NCBI GenBank assembly: GCA_903893485.1
Contig: CAITMK010000014.1
Span: 66,144-130,143, forward strand
Direction of reading: 5' to 3'
DNA length: 64,000 nt
Origin: Candidatus Magasanikiibacteriota bacterium
GTDB lineage: Bacteria; Patescibacteriota; Patescibacteriia; Magasanikbacterales; 2-02-FULL-50-9b
A program made the translations under genes and the position numbers. Below the pieces are notes generated by a model. That model had not been told where the DNA came from. It did no database searches and saw only the letters and a program-made list of their open reading frames with translations. Each line of letters begins with the position of its first letter. The stretch's first letter is position 1. This document shows, in pieces, positions 1-10,493 of the stretch.

Positions 1-2928
1 CTTAGGAATGTTGATGTTCAAAGCACTGAAACGAGCATAAGCTGCTGAAACATCAGTCTGTGATGATACATCACCAGATGTAAGAGCTGCTACAGTACCA
101 ACAGTTGTATCGCCATCCATAAGACGGATGTTCTGAAGTAAACCAGTTGGTGATGTTGCTGCGTTTGACATGCCGAATGCTGTTGCAAGTTCAGATACGT
201 TCACATCTTCAGATTTACCAGCGGTAAGGCTGAATTTGAAGATTGGCTGTGAAGGAGCACCCATAACAACCTGCTGAGCAACTGGGGTGTCTGAGCTAAG
301 TGATGCAGTCAATGAACCTGCTGTTGCAAGGTCAACGTACTGTGCAGTGTTTGGGGTCATTGTTACAGTGCCACTCAAACCGGTAAGTGCGGTCTGGTAT
401 GAAACACCACTAGCAGTAACCTGAATAGCTACAGTTGGAGATGTAAATGCTGATACTGTTGAGAGTACGTCAGCAACTACGTTTACTACTTTCTGTTCAC
501 CTGCGCCCAAGGTAAGACCTGGAGTTGGGTTGATTGTGAAAGAGTAAGTTGAGTTTGGTCCGCCTGCTGCAATATTAGTTGCAAGCAAGTTGCCAGCTGC
601 ATCTGTCAAACGGATGTTTGCAAATGCAGTGTTCAATGCAGTGCCGTTGTCAGCAAGTGCAATTGAAGTAATCTTTGAACCTTCACCAGCGCCGCCAGTC
701 AAGATGAATGAAGCAATTTTTACATTGGTGTCATTCAAAACAGCTGTTGGCTCAGATGGTGAACCGTTTGCTACTGCTGCGTTAACCTGAATACTTGGCT
801 GACCAGTACGCAATGTTAACAAGTTACCAGAAACTGGTGAAACTGCAACAGTTGCGAGTGATACGTTACCCTGAGCTGCACCTGAAGTAATACCAACACG
901 GATAGTTTCCAAGCTGTAAGCGGTTGCATCGTTTAAGTCTGCAACAACTTCAAGTGTGCTTGGAGTACCAGGCTGTACAATAAAACTGTTAGTGAAGCTG
1001 TATAAGTTGTCACCACCATTTGCTGTCAAAGATGGAATAGAGTTACCAACCTGTACGCCATTAAGTAAGAGCTTAACGTTCTTCAAGATGAATGCTGATG
1101 ATGTTGAAACACCGTCAATGTTCAATGAAGATACTTTTACATTTTCACCTGCAGCTGTGAAGTTGAACTTCGCAAGGCTTACATTGGTACCGCCAAGAGC
1201 AGTGTTCAATGTTGCAGTGTCTGATGCAGTTGTAAGTGTCAAGGTACCATGGTTAATGGTTGATGCTGCGAGAGTCTGAACAGCAAACTGAGTTGTGTTC
1301 AATGCATATGTACCAACATACACTTTGTAGTTGAGGTCATAAGCTACAACATCTTCTGTGTTCTGAACGCTGAATGCAAAGTTGCGGTTTGTACCACCAA
1401 CGATGTCACCAACGATGTCAACAAATTTGCTCTGACCAGCCAAAATCTTCAAACCACCGTCTGCATTTGCAGCGCCAGTTGAATCTTTGCTGAAGTCAGC
1501 AACCAAAGTGTTGTCTGAAGACAATGATTTAGTTACGTCATACTGAACGCCACCAATCTGAACTTTCAAATTAGCAAGGTCTGATGAAGCAATTGAACCA
1601 ATTTCTGTGAACTTCATCTTTTTCAAGAGGATGTTCTGATCCTTTGCAACTACCTTAAAGGTACCGAAAGTGTAACCAATTTTACCTGCATCAACGTTAG
1701 TTGGTGTAAGTGGTGAAGAGGTTGCAAATTCAAGGCGACCAAGATCAGTTACAGCAGCAACAGAGAATGTTGCGCCAGCAGCTGAACCGGTAACTGAACC
1801 TGAAGAGTTAGTTGTGATGCCTGAAGCGTCAACAGTCCAGCTCTGGGTTGTACCAGTACCTGCACCTTTGTTTACGTCTTCAAGAACCCAGATTGAAACA
1901 GTCTGACCTGCTGGTACGGTGAAGAGACCTGCAGTGTTAAGGAATGTTGCAACGCCGAGTGAGAATGAGTTGTTCTTAGCGAGAACAGCACCATTAGCAT
2001 CTGCGAGGTACAAGTAGTCAACGTCAGCATCCTTTGAGATACCACCGCGAACTGCCTGAAGTTTTGTAACAACAACGTCAGCACCATTTGCAGTCAAGTT
2101 AACTTTCGTCATGCGAGCCAATTTCTGGCCGCCTTCTGAATCGATAACCATTGAGTTGCCTGCTGATGGTGAGTCTGAAGCCAATGAAACAGTCAATGAA
2201 CCAGTTGAAGCTGGAGCAGTTGTGCCACCTGTGGTCTGACCAGCAGATGAACCCTGTGATACATTAGCTACTTCTGTTGCACCGAGAGCTGCGCCCACAG
2301 TGTTTGAAAGGCTTGCTACAGTGATAGCATAAGCGCTGTTGAGCATGTTGCCCGACATTGCTGCTGCATCAACTGGACGTGCTACACCACCCTGGATGTA
2401 GTAGTATGTTGAGCCGTTCAAAAGAAGTGAACCGTCTGGGTATGAAGCGGTTGTAAGGTCAGCACCAATGCTGTAGTTGGTGAAAAATGCGTCTGACACA
2501 TCGTCAACGCGCTTTGCCCAATCTGCACCATAGAGAGCCTGAGCAACTGATTCACTGGTTACCCAGCGAAGTTTGCCACCTGGTTCAACTGCGTATACTT
2601 TTGGATCAGTTGTAATCTTTACGAGGCGTGTACCTGCGCGGAATACAACGTTACCAGCGAGCTGGTATGTCTGAAGTTCTGAAAGAGGCACGGTCTGAAC
2701 TGTTGAGAAGTTCTTGTACCATGTCTGGTAAGTTTTAAGGTTTGGGAATGTCCAACGCTTGCCACCTTGGTAGTAGTACACTGCGTCAAATTCTTTAGCC
2801 TTGATGAGTGAGCCGTCGGTAGCTGCTGCGTTAGCAGTAAGTGTACCAACAAGCATTGAAGCACCCATTGACCAGAGAATTGTCGAAGTGACAACCACTG
2901 ATGACAGTGTTTTCTTTGCGATATTCAT
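1..2928 (-). CDS. Large secreted surface (S-layer-like) protein, continues past the window start
   Basis: Not in the ORF track. The ATG at 2928 opens MNIAKKTLSSVVVTSTILWSMGASMLVGTLTANAA (signal peptide), then GSLIKAKEFDAVYYYQGGKRWTFPNLKTYQTWYKNFS, a repeat type common in Parcubacteria surface proteins. The rest is Ser/Thr/Gly/Ala-rich with a strong coding-like codon pattern. Confidence 0.85.
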   Translation of the reverse strand, partial: MNIAKKTLSSVVVTSTILWSMGASMLVGTLTANAAATDGSLIKAKEFDAVYYYQGGKRWTFPNLKTYQTWYKNFSTVQTVPLSELQTYQLAGNVVFRAGTRLVKITTDPKVYAVEPGGKLRWVTSESVAQALYGADWAKRVDDVSDAFFTNYSIGADLTTASYPDGSLLLNGSTYYYIQGGVARPVDAAAMSGNMLNSAYAITVASLSNTVGAALGATEVANVSQGSSAGQTTGGTTAPASTGSLTVSLASDSPSAGNSMVIDSEGGQKLARMTKVNLTANGADVVVTKLQAVRGGISKDADVDYLYLADANGAVLAKNNSFSLGVATFLNTAGLFTVPAGQTVSIWVLEDVNKGAGTGTTQSWTVDASGITTNSSGSVTGSAAGATFSVAAVTDLGRLEFATSSPLTPTNVDAGKIGYTFGTFKVVAKDQNILLKKMKFTEIGSIASSDLANLKVQIGGVQYDVTKSLSSDNTLVADFSKDSTGAANADGGLKILAGQSKFVDIVGDIVGGTNRNFAFSVQNTEDVVAYDLNYKVYVGTYALNTTQFAVQTLAASTINHGTLTLTTASDTATLNTALGGTNVSLAKFNFTAAGENVKVSSLNIDGVSTSSAFILKNVKLLLNGVQVGNSIPSLTANGGDNLYSFTNSFIVQPGTPSTLEVVADLNDATAYSLETIRVGITSGAAQGNVSLATVAVSPVSGNLLTLRTGQPSIQVNAAVANGSPSEPTAVLNDTNVKIASFILTGGAGEGSKITSIALADNGTALNTAFANIRLTDAAGNLLATNIAAGGPNSTYSFTINPTPGLTLGAGEQKVVNVVADVLSTVSAFTSPTVAIQVTASGVSYQTALTGLSGTVTMTPNTAQYVDLATAGSLTASLSSDTPVAQQVVMGAPSQPIFKFSLTAGKSEDVNVSELATAFGMSNAATSPTGLLQNIRLMDGDTTVGTVAALTSGDVSSQTDVSAAYARFSALNINIPK

Positions 2929-3027
2929 ATTAAGAATTTCTGTCTTGTATAGTTAGCCCTAATAAAATTTGCATTCTGCGCCGCGGGAACGGCTCGACAT
3001 TTCTATCATCCTGCAAGTATAGGATTT

Positions 3028-3077
3028 TTTGTACCCACTTCGCGCTGCATTAATTGCCGCGCGTTGTGAAGTACAAA
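3028..3077 (-). promoter_or_regulatory. Long imperfect hairpin upstream of the surface protein gene
   Basis: TTTGTAC-TTCAC..CGCGC.GCA / TGC.GCGCG..GTGG-GTACAAA inverted repeat, flanked by smaller hairpins. Confidence 0.5.
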
Positions 3078-3115
3078 TTCCCTCCAGTATCTGTACTCCA
3101 CCTGGTTTTTATTTT

Positions 3116-4120
3116 TTATTGCCAGGCTTCCAAAGTGATTGGTGTTGCGGTATCCACCACATTCGGTGCTAATTCCGGTGGACGTTCCGGAAAGTTTTTT
3201 AAAATTGCATCTTGTTCTGAGGTGGTTGTGGTAACGACGGTTGCGTCTGACGAAACTTTGTTGCCAACATGAGCCGTGGTGGTAGAAAAAGTGGTTGAGG
3301 TGCTCGTAGGCAAAACAACTGGCGTTGAAGTTGCTGTAATCGCAGGAGTGCTTGTTGGCGCAGCGGCAATAGCCGGCGTTGAAGTTGCTGCAACCTGCGC
3401 ATTTGCTGCGTCAGTTTTTAATTGGTTAATTGCAACCAATACATCAGAAGATGCATCGGCTGAAGTAATATGTACCGCAGTAGAAGAAAGGTTTTGTTTC
3501 ATTTCGTCTGCTTTTGTTTCAATCACTTTTGCAACTGCAACCAAATCTGGCACCGATGAATTACTTTTTTGCGCTGCAACCAAACTATCGCTGGTTGATT
3601 GTACTTCGGTTTTTAATTGTTGTACTGCCGCTTCAACGCGCACTGATTTTGCTTTTTCATCGGTGGTTGGAGTTGCAACAATTTTTTGGACTTCTTCAAA
3701 ACGGCGATTGGTAAGTGTTACATGAAATTCTGCAGATGCAGTTTTGCCCTGCAACACGCTCACCACAGCAACTTGTGTTTGCTCTGAGGCAAGTTTAACA
3801 GGATACAAGGTATCGCCTGGCAAACTATTCAGTGATGCTGAAACGGTGGTGATCCAGCCGCCGATACCAACACCAAAACATAAAACGAAAATAACCGCTG
3901 GACGCACCACGGCGTACACGGTTTTTTGTGGCATAATAAAAGAAAGTGCAGTCCACACATGGGTTAAGGTAACGACACGACGTGGTGTTGCAGCATTGGT
4001 CTGTTCAATATGACGAAGCATGCGGCTACGGTTTTCCGCAACCCATTCTGGGCGCGGATTAAAATCCGTTGACGCATTCTTTACTTGGTTCATGAGTTGT
4101 TCGACCTGAATTTTTTTCAT
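3116..4120 (-). CDS. Membrane-anchored anti-sigma factor-like protein (DUF5667-like)
   Basis: Directly follows the ECF sigma gene. Single TM helix followed by the SLPGDTLYPVKLASE motif. Confidence 0.8.
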   Translation of the reverse strand: MKKIQVEQLMNQVKNASTDFNPRPEWVAENRSRMLRHIEQTNAATPRRVVTLTHVWTALSFIMPQKTVYAVVRPAVIFVLCFGVGIGGWITTVSASLNSLPGDTLYPVKLASEQTQVAVVSVLQGKTASAEFHVTLTNRRFEEVQKIVATPTTDEKAKSVRVEAAVQQLKTEVQSTSDSLVAAQKSNSSVPDLVAVAKVIETKADEMKQNLSSTAVHITSADASSDVLVAINQLKTDAANAQVAATSTPAIAAAPTSTPAITATSTPVVLPTSTSTTFSTTTAHVGNKVSSDATVVTTTTSEQDAILKNFPERPPELAPNVVDTATPITLEAWQ

Positions 4121-4122
4121 AC

Positions 4123-4689
4123 TTATTTTTTTTCAAGAAGTCCTGCAAGTGTTTTGGTTGCCCGGTGCAAAAGCACGCGTACATGCACTTGCGTTTTTCC
4201 AATGATCTCCGCGATTTCAGAAACTGACAATTCTTCGATGTAGCGAAGCATGAGCACTTCGCGGTAATCAGCTTTCATTTGCTTCATGGCCGCCATTACT
4301 TCAGCCGCTTCCATTTTCATGTCCACAAGAAGCATTTGCTGGCCGTCGTCTGACCAACCGATGGTGTTTTCGCCGTCGTCTGACTCGATCGCTTCATCCA
4401 GCGAAATATGCATCTTGCGGCTACGGTAATGGTCGATGACCAGGTTACGCGCAATGCGATACACGAGCGATGGGAAACTGACCACGTCTCGACTTTCCAA
4501 AAGGTAGTGCCAGGTACGAAGGAAAACCTCAGAAGTGAGATCTTCGGCTTCTTCCCTGCCATTTACCTTATATGAAATGAACCGGAACACCCCAGCCACG
4601 TGGGCATCATATAGCTCAGCATACGCGGTAGCATCGCGTTTGGTCTGGATTCGATATAGGAGAACTTTTTCCTGTAATTTGCTACTCAT
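4123..4689 (-). CDS. ECF (sigma-24) RNA polymerase sigma factor
   Basis: Region 2 (AEDLTSEVFLRTW, YRIARNLVIDHYR) and region 4 (REVLMLRYIEELSVSEIAEIIG..VRVLLHRA). Confidence 0.95.
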   Translation of the reverse strand: MSSKLQEKVLLYRIQTKRDATAYAELYDAHVAGVFRFISYKVNGREEAEDLTSEVFLRTWHYLLESRDVVSFPSLVYRIARNLVIDHYRSRKMHISLDEAIESDDGENTIGWSDDGQQMLLVDMKMEAAEVMAAMKQMKADYREVLMLRYIEELSVSEIAEIIGKTQVHVRVLLHRATKTLAGLLEKK

Positions 4690-4696
4690 GTAATAA

Positions 4697-4722
4697 GACG
4701 TGGCTAAAGGGAAAGTGTTACA
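4697..4722 (-). promoter_or_regulatory. Putative autoregulatory ECF promoter giving a leaderless mRNA
   Basis: TGTAAC-N16-CGTC, then 7 nt to the sigma ATG. Confidence 0.65.
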
Positions 4723-4734
4723 AAATTAAAGCGA

Positions 4735-4763
4735 AGTATAGCGCAATACCCCCAGAAAGTCAA
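4735..4763 (-). promoter_or_regulatory. Sigma70 promoter upstream of the ECF operon
   Basis: TTGACT-N17-TATACT. Confidence 0.65.
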
Positions 4764-4833
4764 CGCGGTATTTGCTAGATTTGTGGGTAAATATTGACAC
4801 ATTTGTATAGAGTAGTGTAGACTTTTAATCACT

Positions 4834-5205
4834 ATGTCCATGAACGAAGTTATCCGAATTTCTATTTCCGAAACTGCCCGGCTTTTTGGGCTCAACTCCC
4901 AAACCATCCGCCGTGCCATTAAAACCGGCGAATTGCCAGCAATTGTGGTTCAAGGCCGTTATAAGGTTGATTTTGAAACCGCGCTTAAGTGGTCTCAGAT
5001 CCACAGCACCACCAAAAACAAACTTTCTTCGCGTGGCATTGGTCAATTTGTTAACGAATGGCGTCCAACGATTAAACAAGCCGAACTTCCAACTCCAACG
5101 GAGCCAGAAGCGCCTGAAGAACCAACTGCCGAGGCAAAACCGAAAGCACCTCGCCGCAAATTAGGCCCGCGCACGGACATTTCGCAGCAAGCTCTGCCCT
5201 TCTAA
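4834..5205 (+). CDS. Excisionase-like helix-turn-helix (HTH_17) DNA-binding protein
   Basis: ISISETARLFGLNSQTIRRAIKTGELPA motif. TTGACA at 4794 upstream. Confidence 0.8.
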   Translation: MSMNEVIRISISETARLFGLNSQTIRRAIKTGELPAIVVQGRYKVDFETALKWSQIHSTTKNKLSSRGIGQFVNEWRPTIKQAELPTPTEPEAPEEPTAEAKPKAPRRKLGPRTDISQQALPF

Positions 5206-6363
5206 CGAGCCGCACGTTTCAAGCGCCACGAGCGCCACATGATACCGCGCCGCGATTAATTCCCAACGATATTGTTCCTGGATGCGACGTGCATGTGCAA
5301 GCGCCACCGCGCGAACTTCTTCATAGTGCACCACATTACGTTCCAAATCGCGGCTCAGGCGATCTAAATCGCCAACCGTATTGTACACGTGCATCTCACC
5401 AAAAATTTCGCGATGCGCCGGAATGTTCGAAAGCACAAGCGGCACACCAAACGATGCAACTTCCAAAACCGCAAGCGGCATACCTTCTGAATACGAAGGC
5501 TGCGCGGCAACGCGCGCAAAACGCATTAATGTTTTCAGTGGTGCACCGGTTTGTACACCGGTAAAAATAATATCCGTGCGCCCTGCTGCCTGCTCACGCA
5601 AACTTTCAGCGTAATTATCACCGAGCGCCGCTTCACCAACTAATACTAATTTTAATTTTGCAAACTCTGGCTCTGTTCGTTTTTTTAAACGAATGAAACT
5701 TTCAATTAATTCATGCTGCGCCTTGTCTGGCATTAAACGGCCGACACATAAAATATATTCTTCTGGCTGCAAACCAAACGCGGCAAGTGTTTCGTGGCTA
5801 TCAGCTTCGCCTTCGGCAATTTCAAAAACACCGTTTGGCAGATACGTTGCAATGCGCCCCCATACTTCATACGAGTAGTCTTGCAAAAAACGACTCGTCA
5901 CAAAAACTTCATGCGCCGCATGCATGGCAATATATTCGCCAAACCAAAACGCGGCGCGTGCAATAAAATTCCATTTCGAAAGACGACGATCCAAACAGTG
6001 AAACGTTACGAGCACTTGCGTGCGCGGCGCAAAAACGCGCGGCATCCACGCCAAAAGCGCTGGACCAATACCCTGAAAATGAATAATATCCGCGCCAGTC
6101 CACATGGCATGGATCGTTGCAAAAAAAGTATGCGAAATGGTATCCAAATGCTTCGTATGAATCGATGGCACATGGACCAGATCGATACCTTGGTAATTTT
6201 CAACCAGGCCTTTGGTGTACCAGCGGCGACAATAGGCCGTCACGTGGTAACCAGAACGTACCATACGTACTGCCAATTCCTCGGTTGCACGTTCAACGCC
6301 ACCCCAGAGTGCCGGGATGCCTTTTTGGCCAATATAAGCGATTTTTTTGGAGTGTTTCTGCAT
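5161..6363 (-). CDS. Glycosyltransferase family 4
   Basis: GQKGIPALWGGVE N-terminus; GRLMPDK and EGMPLAVLE motifs. Confidence 0.92.
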   Translation of the reverse strand: MQKHSKKIAYIGQKGIPALWGGVERATEELAVRMVRSGYHVTAYCRRWYTKGLVENYQGIDLVHVPSIHTKHLDTISHTFFATIHAMWTGADIIHFQGIGPALLAWMPRVFAPRTQVLVTFHCLDRRLSKWNFIARAAFWFGEYIAMHAAHEVFVTSRFLQDYSYEVWGRIATYLPNGVFEIAEGEADSHETLAAFGLQPEEYILCVGRLMPDKAQHELIESFIRLKKRTEPEFAKLKLVLVGEAALGDNYAESLREQAAGRTDIIFTGVQTGAPLKTLMRFARVAAQPSYSEGMPLAVLEVASFGVPLVLSNIPAHREIFGEMHVYNTVGDLDRLSRDLERNVVHYEEVRAVALAHARRIQEQYRWELIAARYHVALVALETCGSLEGQSLLRNVRARA

Positions 6364-6414
6364 AGGGCGTTCTGGTATCAGAACTGCCTATAATAGCAGA
6401 GATTAGCGATTTTG

Positions 6415-7581
6415 TCAATACTGAGCGCTGAGCACGCTCATAAGCTGTTCATAATACAATTCCGGGTCGCGTGTGGCCAAAACTATGCGACGAGCTTGCG
6501 CGCCAACATGCCGCGGCGGCGTTGCCAAAATTTTACTTAAAATTTCCGCTAATTTTTCTGAATCACCCGATGGGAATAGATAACCCGTTTCACCATTTAT
6601 GATTTGCTCTGGAATTCCACCAATTGCACTTGCCACCACAATCTTCCCGGCTGCCTGAGATTCCAAAACCACAAGAGAATCATTCTCATACCAAATTGAT
6701 GGCACCACAACCGCTGCCGCACCTCGTACGTATTCAATAACATCTTCTGGTGATTTATCACCAACAAACGCAACATTGGGCGGTCCTTTTTTTGGAACCG
6801 GCCCGTCACCAATAATTTGAAATTGCGCGTGTGGTAATTTTTCTGCGGCCGCACACAAAACCGCAATTCCTTTTTCTGGCACCAAGCGACCAATAAATAA
6901 AATATATGATCCATCAGCGGGCGCGGTTAAAATGCTATCCGCATCAACAGGATTTGGAATGTGCACAAATTTTTCTGTGCGCCATCCGCGAGCCACATGT
7001 TTTTCGATTACAAATTTACTTGGCGAAATTATTTGATTGATAAAATTAAATGCGCCGAGCCGACGATGCAATGTCCAACCAAACCATGCGCCAAAACTTT
7101 TGATAAAAGAATTTTGCACGCTGCAACTGATCACATCGTTAAATCCATACAGTGGCGCATTACCGCAAAGTTCATCAATATGATCATGCGAAAATAATTT
7201 CCAGTTCGGACAAATTAATTTATACGCATGCGCGGTAAAAATAATTTTTATATGATGACGACGCAACGTCCACAAAACCGTTGGGCCAAGTGCGTCAAAA
7301 ATGCCGTGAATGTGAACCACATCTGGTTTTGTTTTTTCAATCAGCGCCGATAATGCGCGGTCGACTTCGCGTGACCAAATGGCGCGCACACTTTTTTGTA
7401 AAAATGTTTTTGCATCGCTCACAAAGTATGGTGCAAATTCGGAAAATTTATTTTCTGGCGCGCGCGTTGAAAAATCAATTACGATATGACCGTGCGATTG
7501 TAAAAGTTCGCGCTGTAAAAAAAAGACGCGTTCAACGCCACCAACATCGTGGAAAAAATTATTGATGAGCAAGATGCGCAT
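6415..7581 (-). CDS. Glycosyltransferase family 4
   Basis: MRILLINNF..GGVE, GRLVPEKG, PSIWYEN..LESQAAG. Confidence 0.92.
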   Translation of the reverse strand: MRILLINNFFHDVGGVERVFFLQRELLQSHGHIVIDFSTRAPENKFSEFAPYFVSDAKTFLQKSVRAIWSREVDRALSALIEKTKPDVVHIHGIFDALGPTVLWTLRRHHIKIIFTAHAYKLICPNWKLFSHDHIDELCGNAPLYGFNDVISCSVQNSFIKSFGAWFGWTLHRRLGAFNFINQIISPSKFVIEKHVARGWRTEKFVHIPNPVDADSILTAPADGSYILFIGRLVPEKGIAVLCAAAEKLPHAQFQIIGDGPVPKKGPPNVAFVGDKSPEDVIEYVRGAAAVVVPSIWYENDSLVVLESQAAGKIVVASAIGGIPEQIINGETGYLFPSGDSEKLAEILSKILATPPRHVGAQARRIVLATRDPELYYEQLMSVLSAQY

Positions 7582-8653
7582 ATACCCGTTCATAATCCGC
7601 GACCATCGCGCGAATATCAAAATCTTTTTGCGCTTTCACGCGCGCGGCCGCACCTAATTCACGCGCGGCCGCTTGGTTTTGCCACACGCGACGAATTGCA
7701 ACTTGCAGCGCATCGACATCTTCTACTGGCACCAACATACCGGTTACGCCATCATCAATTAATTCAGGAATACCGCCCACATTACTTGCAATTACCGTGC
7801 GACCCGCGGCCATGGCTTCCATAATTACCAAACCAATTCCCTCCCAACGCGACGACATGACCACTACATCCGACGCGGCCAAATACGGCGCCACATCCAT
7901 GTGCGTGCCCACAAAATGCACGCGATCATGCATGTGATTAATAATTGCCAAATCAACTAAACTATCTTTTGCAGAACCTTCGCCGACCAACGTTAATTCC
8001 CACGGCACATCACGCAAAGTTGATAATGCATTTAATAAAATGTCGTGTCCTTTTTGTGGCTCCAAACGGCCGATCGCTAAAAGTTGCATTACCTCACCAA
8101 AAGGCGCTGGCGGAATTTGCGCAAATCGCCCAGTCTCGACCGCATTGCGAATAACTGTAATTTTATCGGTCGGAAAATTTTCTTCTTCAACTAAAAATTT
8201 TTTTATGCCGTCGGAAGCCGCAACCACCGCGCTTGATCCGTACGACAAAACTTGCTTGATACGATGTTTTAATTCACCAATATCAACATCAGTATTTTGC
8301 TCCGAAAAAACTAAGTGTGGCACGCGATTTAATTTCGATGCGATCTCGCCCCACAAATGCCCGCCAAATAAATGTGTGTGTACAATGTCTGGCTCCAAAC
8401 GATTCAAAAGTGCGATTAATTCCACCAGCATCACGAGCCCCAATTCCGATGTTTTTTTAAGCGGATAATATGGCACGCCAAGTTCGCGAATGTCGGCTTC
8501 AAGCGGGCCGCCATCAACAATCGTAATTACCGCAAAATCAAACGCGTCGCGATTTCCATAGCGCACCAATTCCGTCAAAATGCGTTCCGCGCCGCCGAGC
8601 GCCAGCGTTGGAATAATATGCACTACTTTTAGTTTTCGAGTTGCGGTGTTCAT
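7559..8653 (-). CDS. Glycosyltransferase family 4
   Basis: GGAER, GRLEPQKG, EGIGLVIMEAMAAG. ATGA overlap with the upstream gene. Confidence 0.92.
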   Translation of the reverse strand: MNTATRKLKVVHIIPTLALGGAERILTELVRYGNRDAFDFAVITIVDGGPLEADIRELGVPYYPLKKTSELGLVMLVELIALLNRLEPDIVHTHLFGGHLWGEIASKLNRVPHLVFSEQNTDVDIGELKHRIKQVLSYGSSAVVAASDGIKKFLVEEENFPTDKITVIRNAVETGRFAQIPPAPFGEVMQLLAIGRLEPQKGHDILLNALSTLRDVPWELTLVGEGSAKDSLVDLAIINHMHDRVHFVGTHMDVAPYLAASDVVVMSSRWEGIGLVIMEAMAAGRTVIASNVGGIPELIDDGVTGMLVPVEDVDALQVAIRRVWQNQAAARELGAAARVKAQKDFDIRAMVADYERVYAHLAHQ

Positions 8654-9996
8654 AGAAGAGAGGCCAGACAGAGCCCGACCAGGACCCACACTTTACCATC
8701 AAAATAGCCAGTGTTAAAGAGCTGATAGGCCCACAGAGAAATAAACGTAAAAAACCAAACGGCTTCGAATGCGCTGTGGCGACGCTTCCACAAACGCCAA
8801 CCCAAACTTATGAGCAACGCCAAAAACGCGATTGTGCCAAGCGCGCCGGTTTCTGCCATCACTTTTTGCAAAAATCCGTGCGCATCGAGCGGGTCGCCGT
8901 AATCTAATCGAAACGCGGCGGTCTCGCCAACTAATTGAATAAACGTACCCGGCCCCTGCCCGGTGAGCGGCGCGCGATTAAAATACGTAAGAGCAATGCC
9001 GGTTAAATCTGTACGCGTTGCATTGCTGCTGTCGGCCACGGCGGTGTTTTCGATCCACATGAAAAATAATGCGACCACGGCAACAACCGCCACAATTGCA
9101 ACGCGCCGGCGACCCGTATGTTTTCCAAAAAACCACAGCCAGCCCAAACCTTGCAGCGCCAAAACAATCCATGCAGCGCGCGAAAAAGTTAATGCCGAGA
9201 CAATTGCAATGAGTGCCGCTGCCCCGCCCCAGAAAATTTTTGCCGCGCGCGTTTTTTGTTCACTCGCCCACCACACTGCAAACGGAATGATCGCGGTCAA
9301 ACTTTCAGCGAGCACATTATGATTCGTGCCAAATGGAATGTATCCAAAAATTGCAAATGGTTCTGCGCGCGGAAACCCAATGGAGCTGGTCACAAAAATC
9401 GAAACCGCGCCCATGAGTGCGCCCGCCAAACATGCAATTTCATACGCAACCGCGGCATAAATAATTTCTGCTCGGCGATTTACAAATAATAAAATCGGCA
9501 ACACGAACGCCAGATACGTAAAAAGATATGGCCGAAAAAATGCTTTAAGCGATGTACCAAAATAAATGGGATCACCAAAATATACCGCAGCCGCAACCGC
9601 CGCAAACCAAAGCAAAAACCACGGCAAATGATTTTTGATGTGCGCGGGAAATATTTTTTTGTGATTAATGAAAAAAATTATTGGCGCGGCAACTAACAAA
9701 ATAATGGCGATAAAATCTACCACTGGCGCTTCGATGCCACCAAGATAAGGCACACGCGATAAACTTTGTTCACTTGCAAATGAAATTGCCAGCCCCGAAA
9801 GCGGTGCCGCCGCGGCAAGCGCATACACACCCCATACTGGCCGTGCAACGACCGCAATAAAAATTGCTAACAGCGCAAAAACAATTACCACGCCCGCCCA
9901 TGAAATATAAAAAGAGGCCGCAATGCTAAGCGCAATTGCAATTCCAAACCACGCTACCAATTCCCATGTGGCACGTTCAATGAGCTGCTGTTTCAT
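8650..9996 (-). CDS. O-antigen ligase/polymerase (Wzy_C) family membrane protein
   Basis: Multiple TM helices, TFSRAAW, and PLTGQGPGTF..AHG..AETGALG. Confidence 0.88.
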   Translation of the reverse strand: MKQQLIERATWELVAWFGIAIALSIAASFYISWAGVVIVFALLAIFIAVVARPVWGVYALAAAAPLSGLAISFASEQSLSRVPYLGGIEAPVVDFIAIILLVAAPIIFFINHKKIFPAHIKNHLPWFLLWFAAVAAAVYFGDPIYFGTSLKAFFRPYLFTYLAFVLPILLFVNRRAEIIYAAVAYEIACLAGALMGAVSIFVTSSIGFPRAEPFAIFGYIPFGTNHNVLAESLTAIIPFAVWWASEQKTRAAKIFWGGAAALIAIVSALTFSRAAWIVLALQGLGWLWFFGKHTGRRRVAIVAVVAVVALFFMWIENTAVADSSNATRTDLTGIALTYFNRAPLTGQGPGTFIQLVGETAAFRLDYGDPLDAHGFLQKVMAETGALGTIAFLALLISLGWRLWKRRHSAFEAVWFFTFISLWAYQLFNTGYFDGKVWVLVGLCLASLL

Positions 9997-10025
9997 GCTG
10001 CCCAGTATACCAAAGTTGGGAATAT

Positions 10026-10053
10026 AAAAAAACTCCTTCTGAGGAGTTTTTTT
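10026..10053. terminator. Bidirectional intrinsic terminator (backbone type)
   Basis: A7-CTCCT-TCTG-AGGAG-T7. Confidence 0.75.
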
Positions 10054-10058
10054 ATTGC

Positions 10059-10373
10059 CTACTGTGCAAATCGCAACTCAGCAATTTGTTCGGCGCGTTT
10101 TAAATAGCCGACAATTTCATCGTGAAAATTGAGATTATCGTTGCGAAACAGTTGCATTTCTGTGGTTAGACGCTGCTCAACGTCTGTTAAGCGTAAATCA
10201 ATCGCTTCAATCCGTGCACTCAACCTTACTTCAACATCGTCGATTTTGGCAGTCAAATTAGTTTCAACTTCATCAATCCTTGCCGTTAACCGATCTTCGA
10301 CATCTAAAACCTGCTGCGTGGCTTGCACCGCAACCGCGCCAATCATTTCAATAATATCACCCTCCTTGATCAT
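10059..10373 (-). CDS. Small coiled-coil protein with 11-residue repeats
   Basis: LTARIDEVETN / LTAKIDDVEVR / LSARIEAIDLR. TTGACA-N17-TATAGT upstream; no SD. Confidence 0.7.
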   Translation of the reverse strand: MIKEGDIIEMIGAVAVQATQQVLDVEDRLTARIDEVETNLTAKIDDVEVRLSARIEAIDLRLTDVEQRLTTEMQLFRNDNLNFHDEIVGYLKRAEQIAELRFAQ

Positions 10374-10493
10374 AATAAAAAAATATGAATAATTATTTGC
10401 ACTATACCAAACGAAAAATTTCTGTCAAATAAAAAAACGCCGACAGCTCCCGTGGGGAAACTGCCGGACATGGGGCTTTGCGCGGTCGCGTGA

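Noticed and set aside
2929-3115. 6S RNA or a known riboswitch
   Set aside because: Several separate hairpins rather than one rod with a central bubble, and no aptamer consensus recognised.
4834-5205. Excisionase marking an integrated element
   Set aside because: A stand-alone HTH_17 gene with no adjacent integrase or att site.
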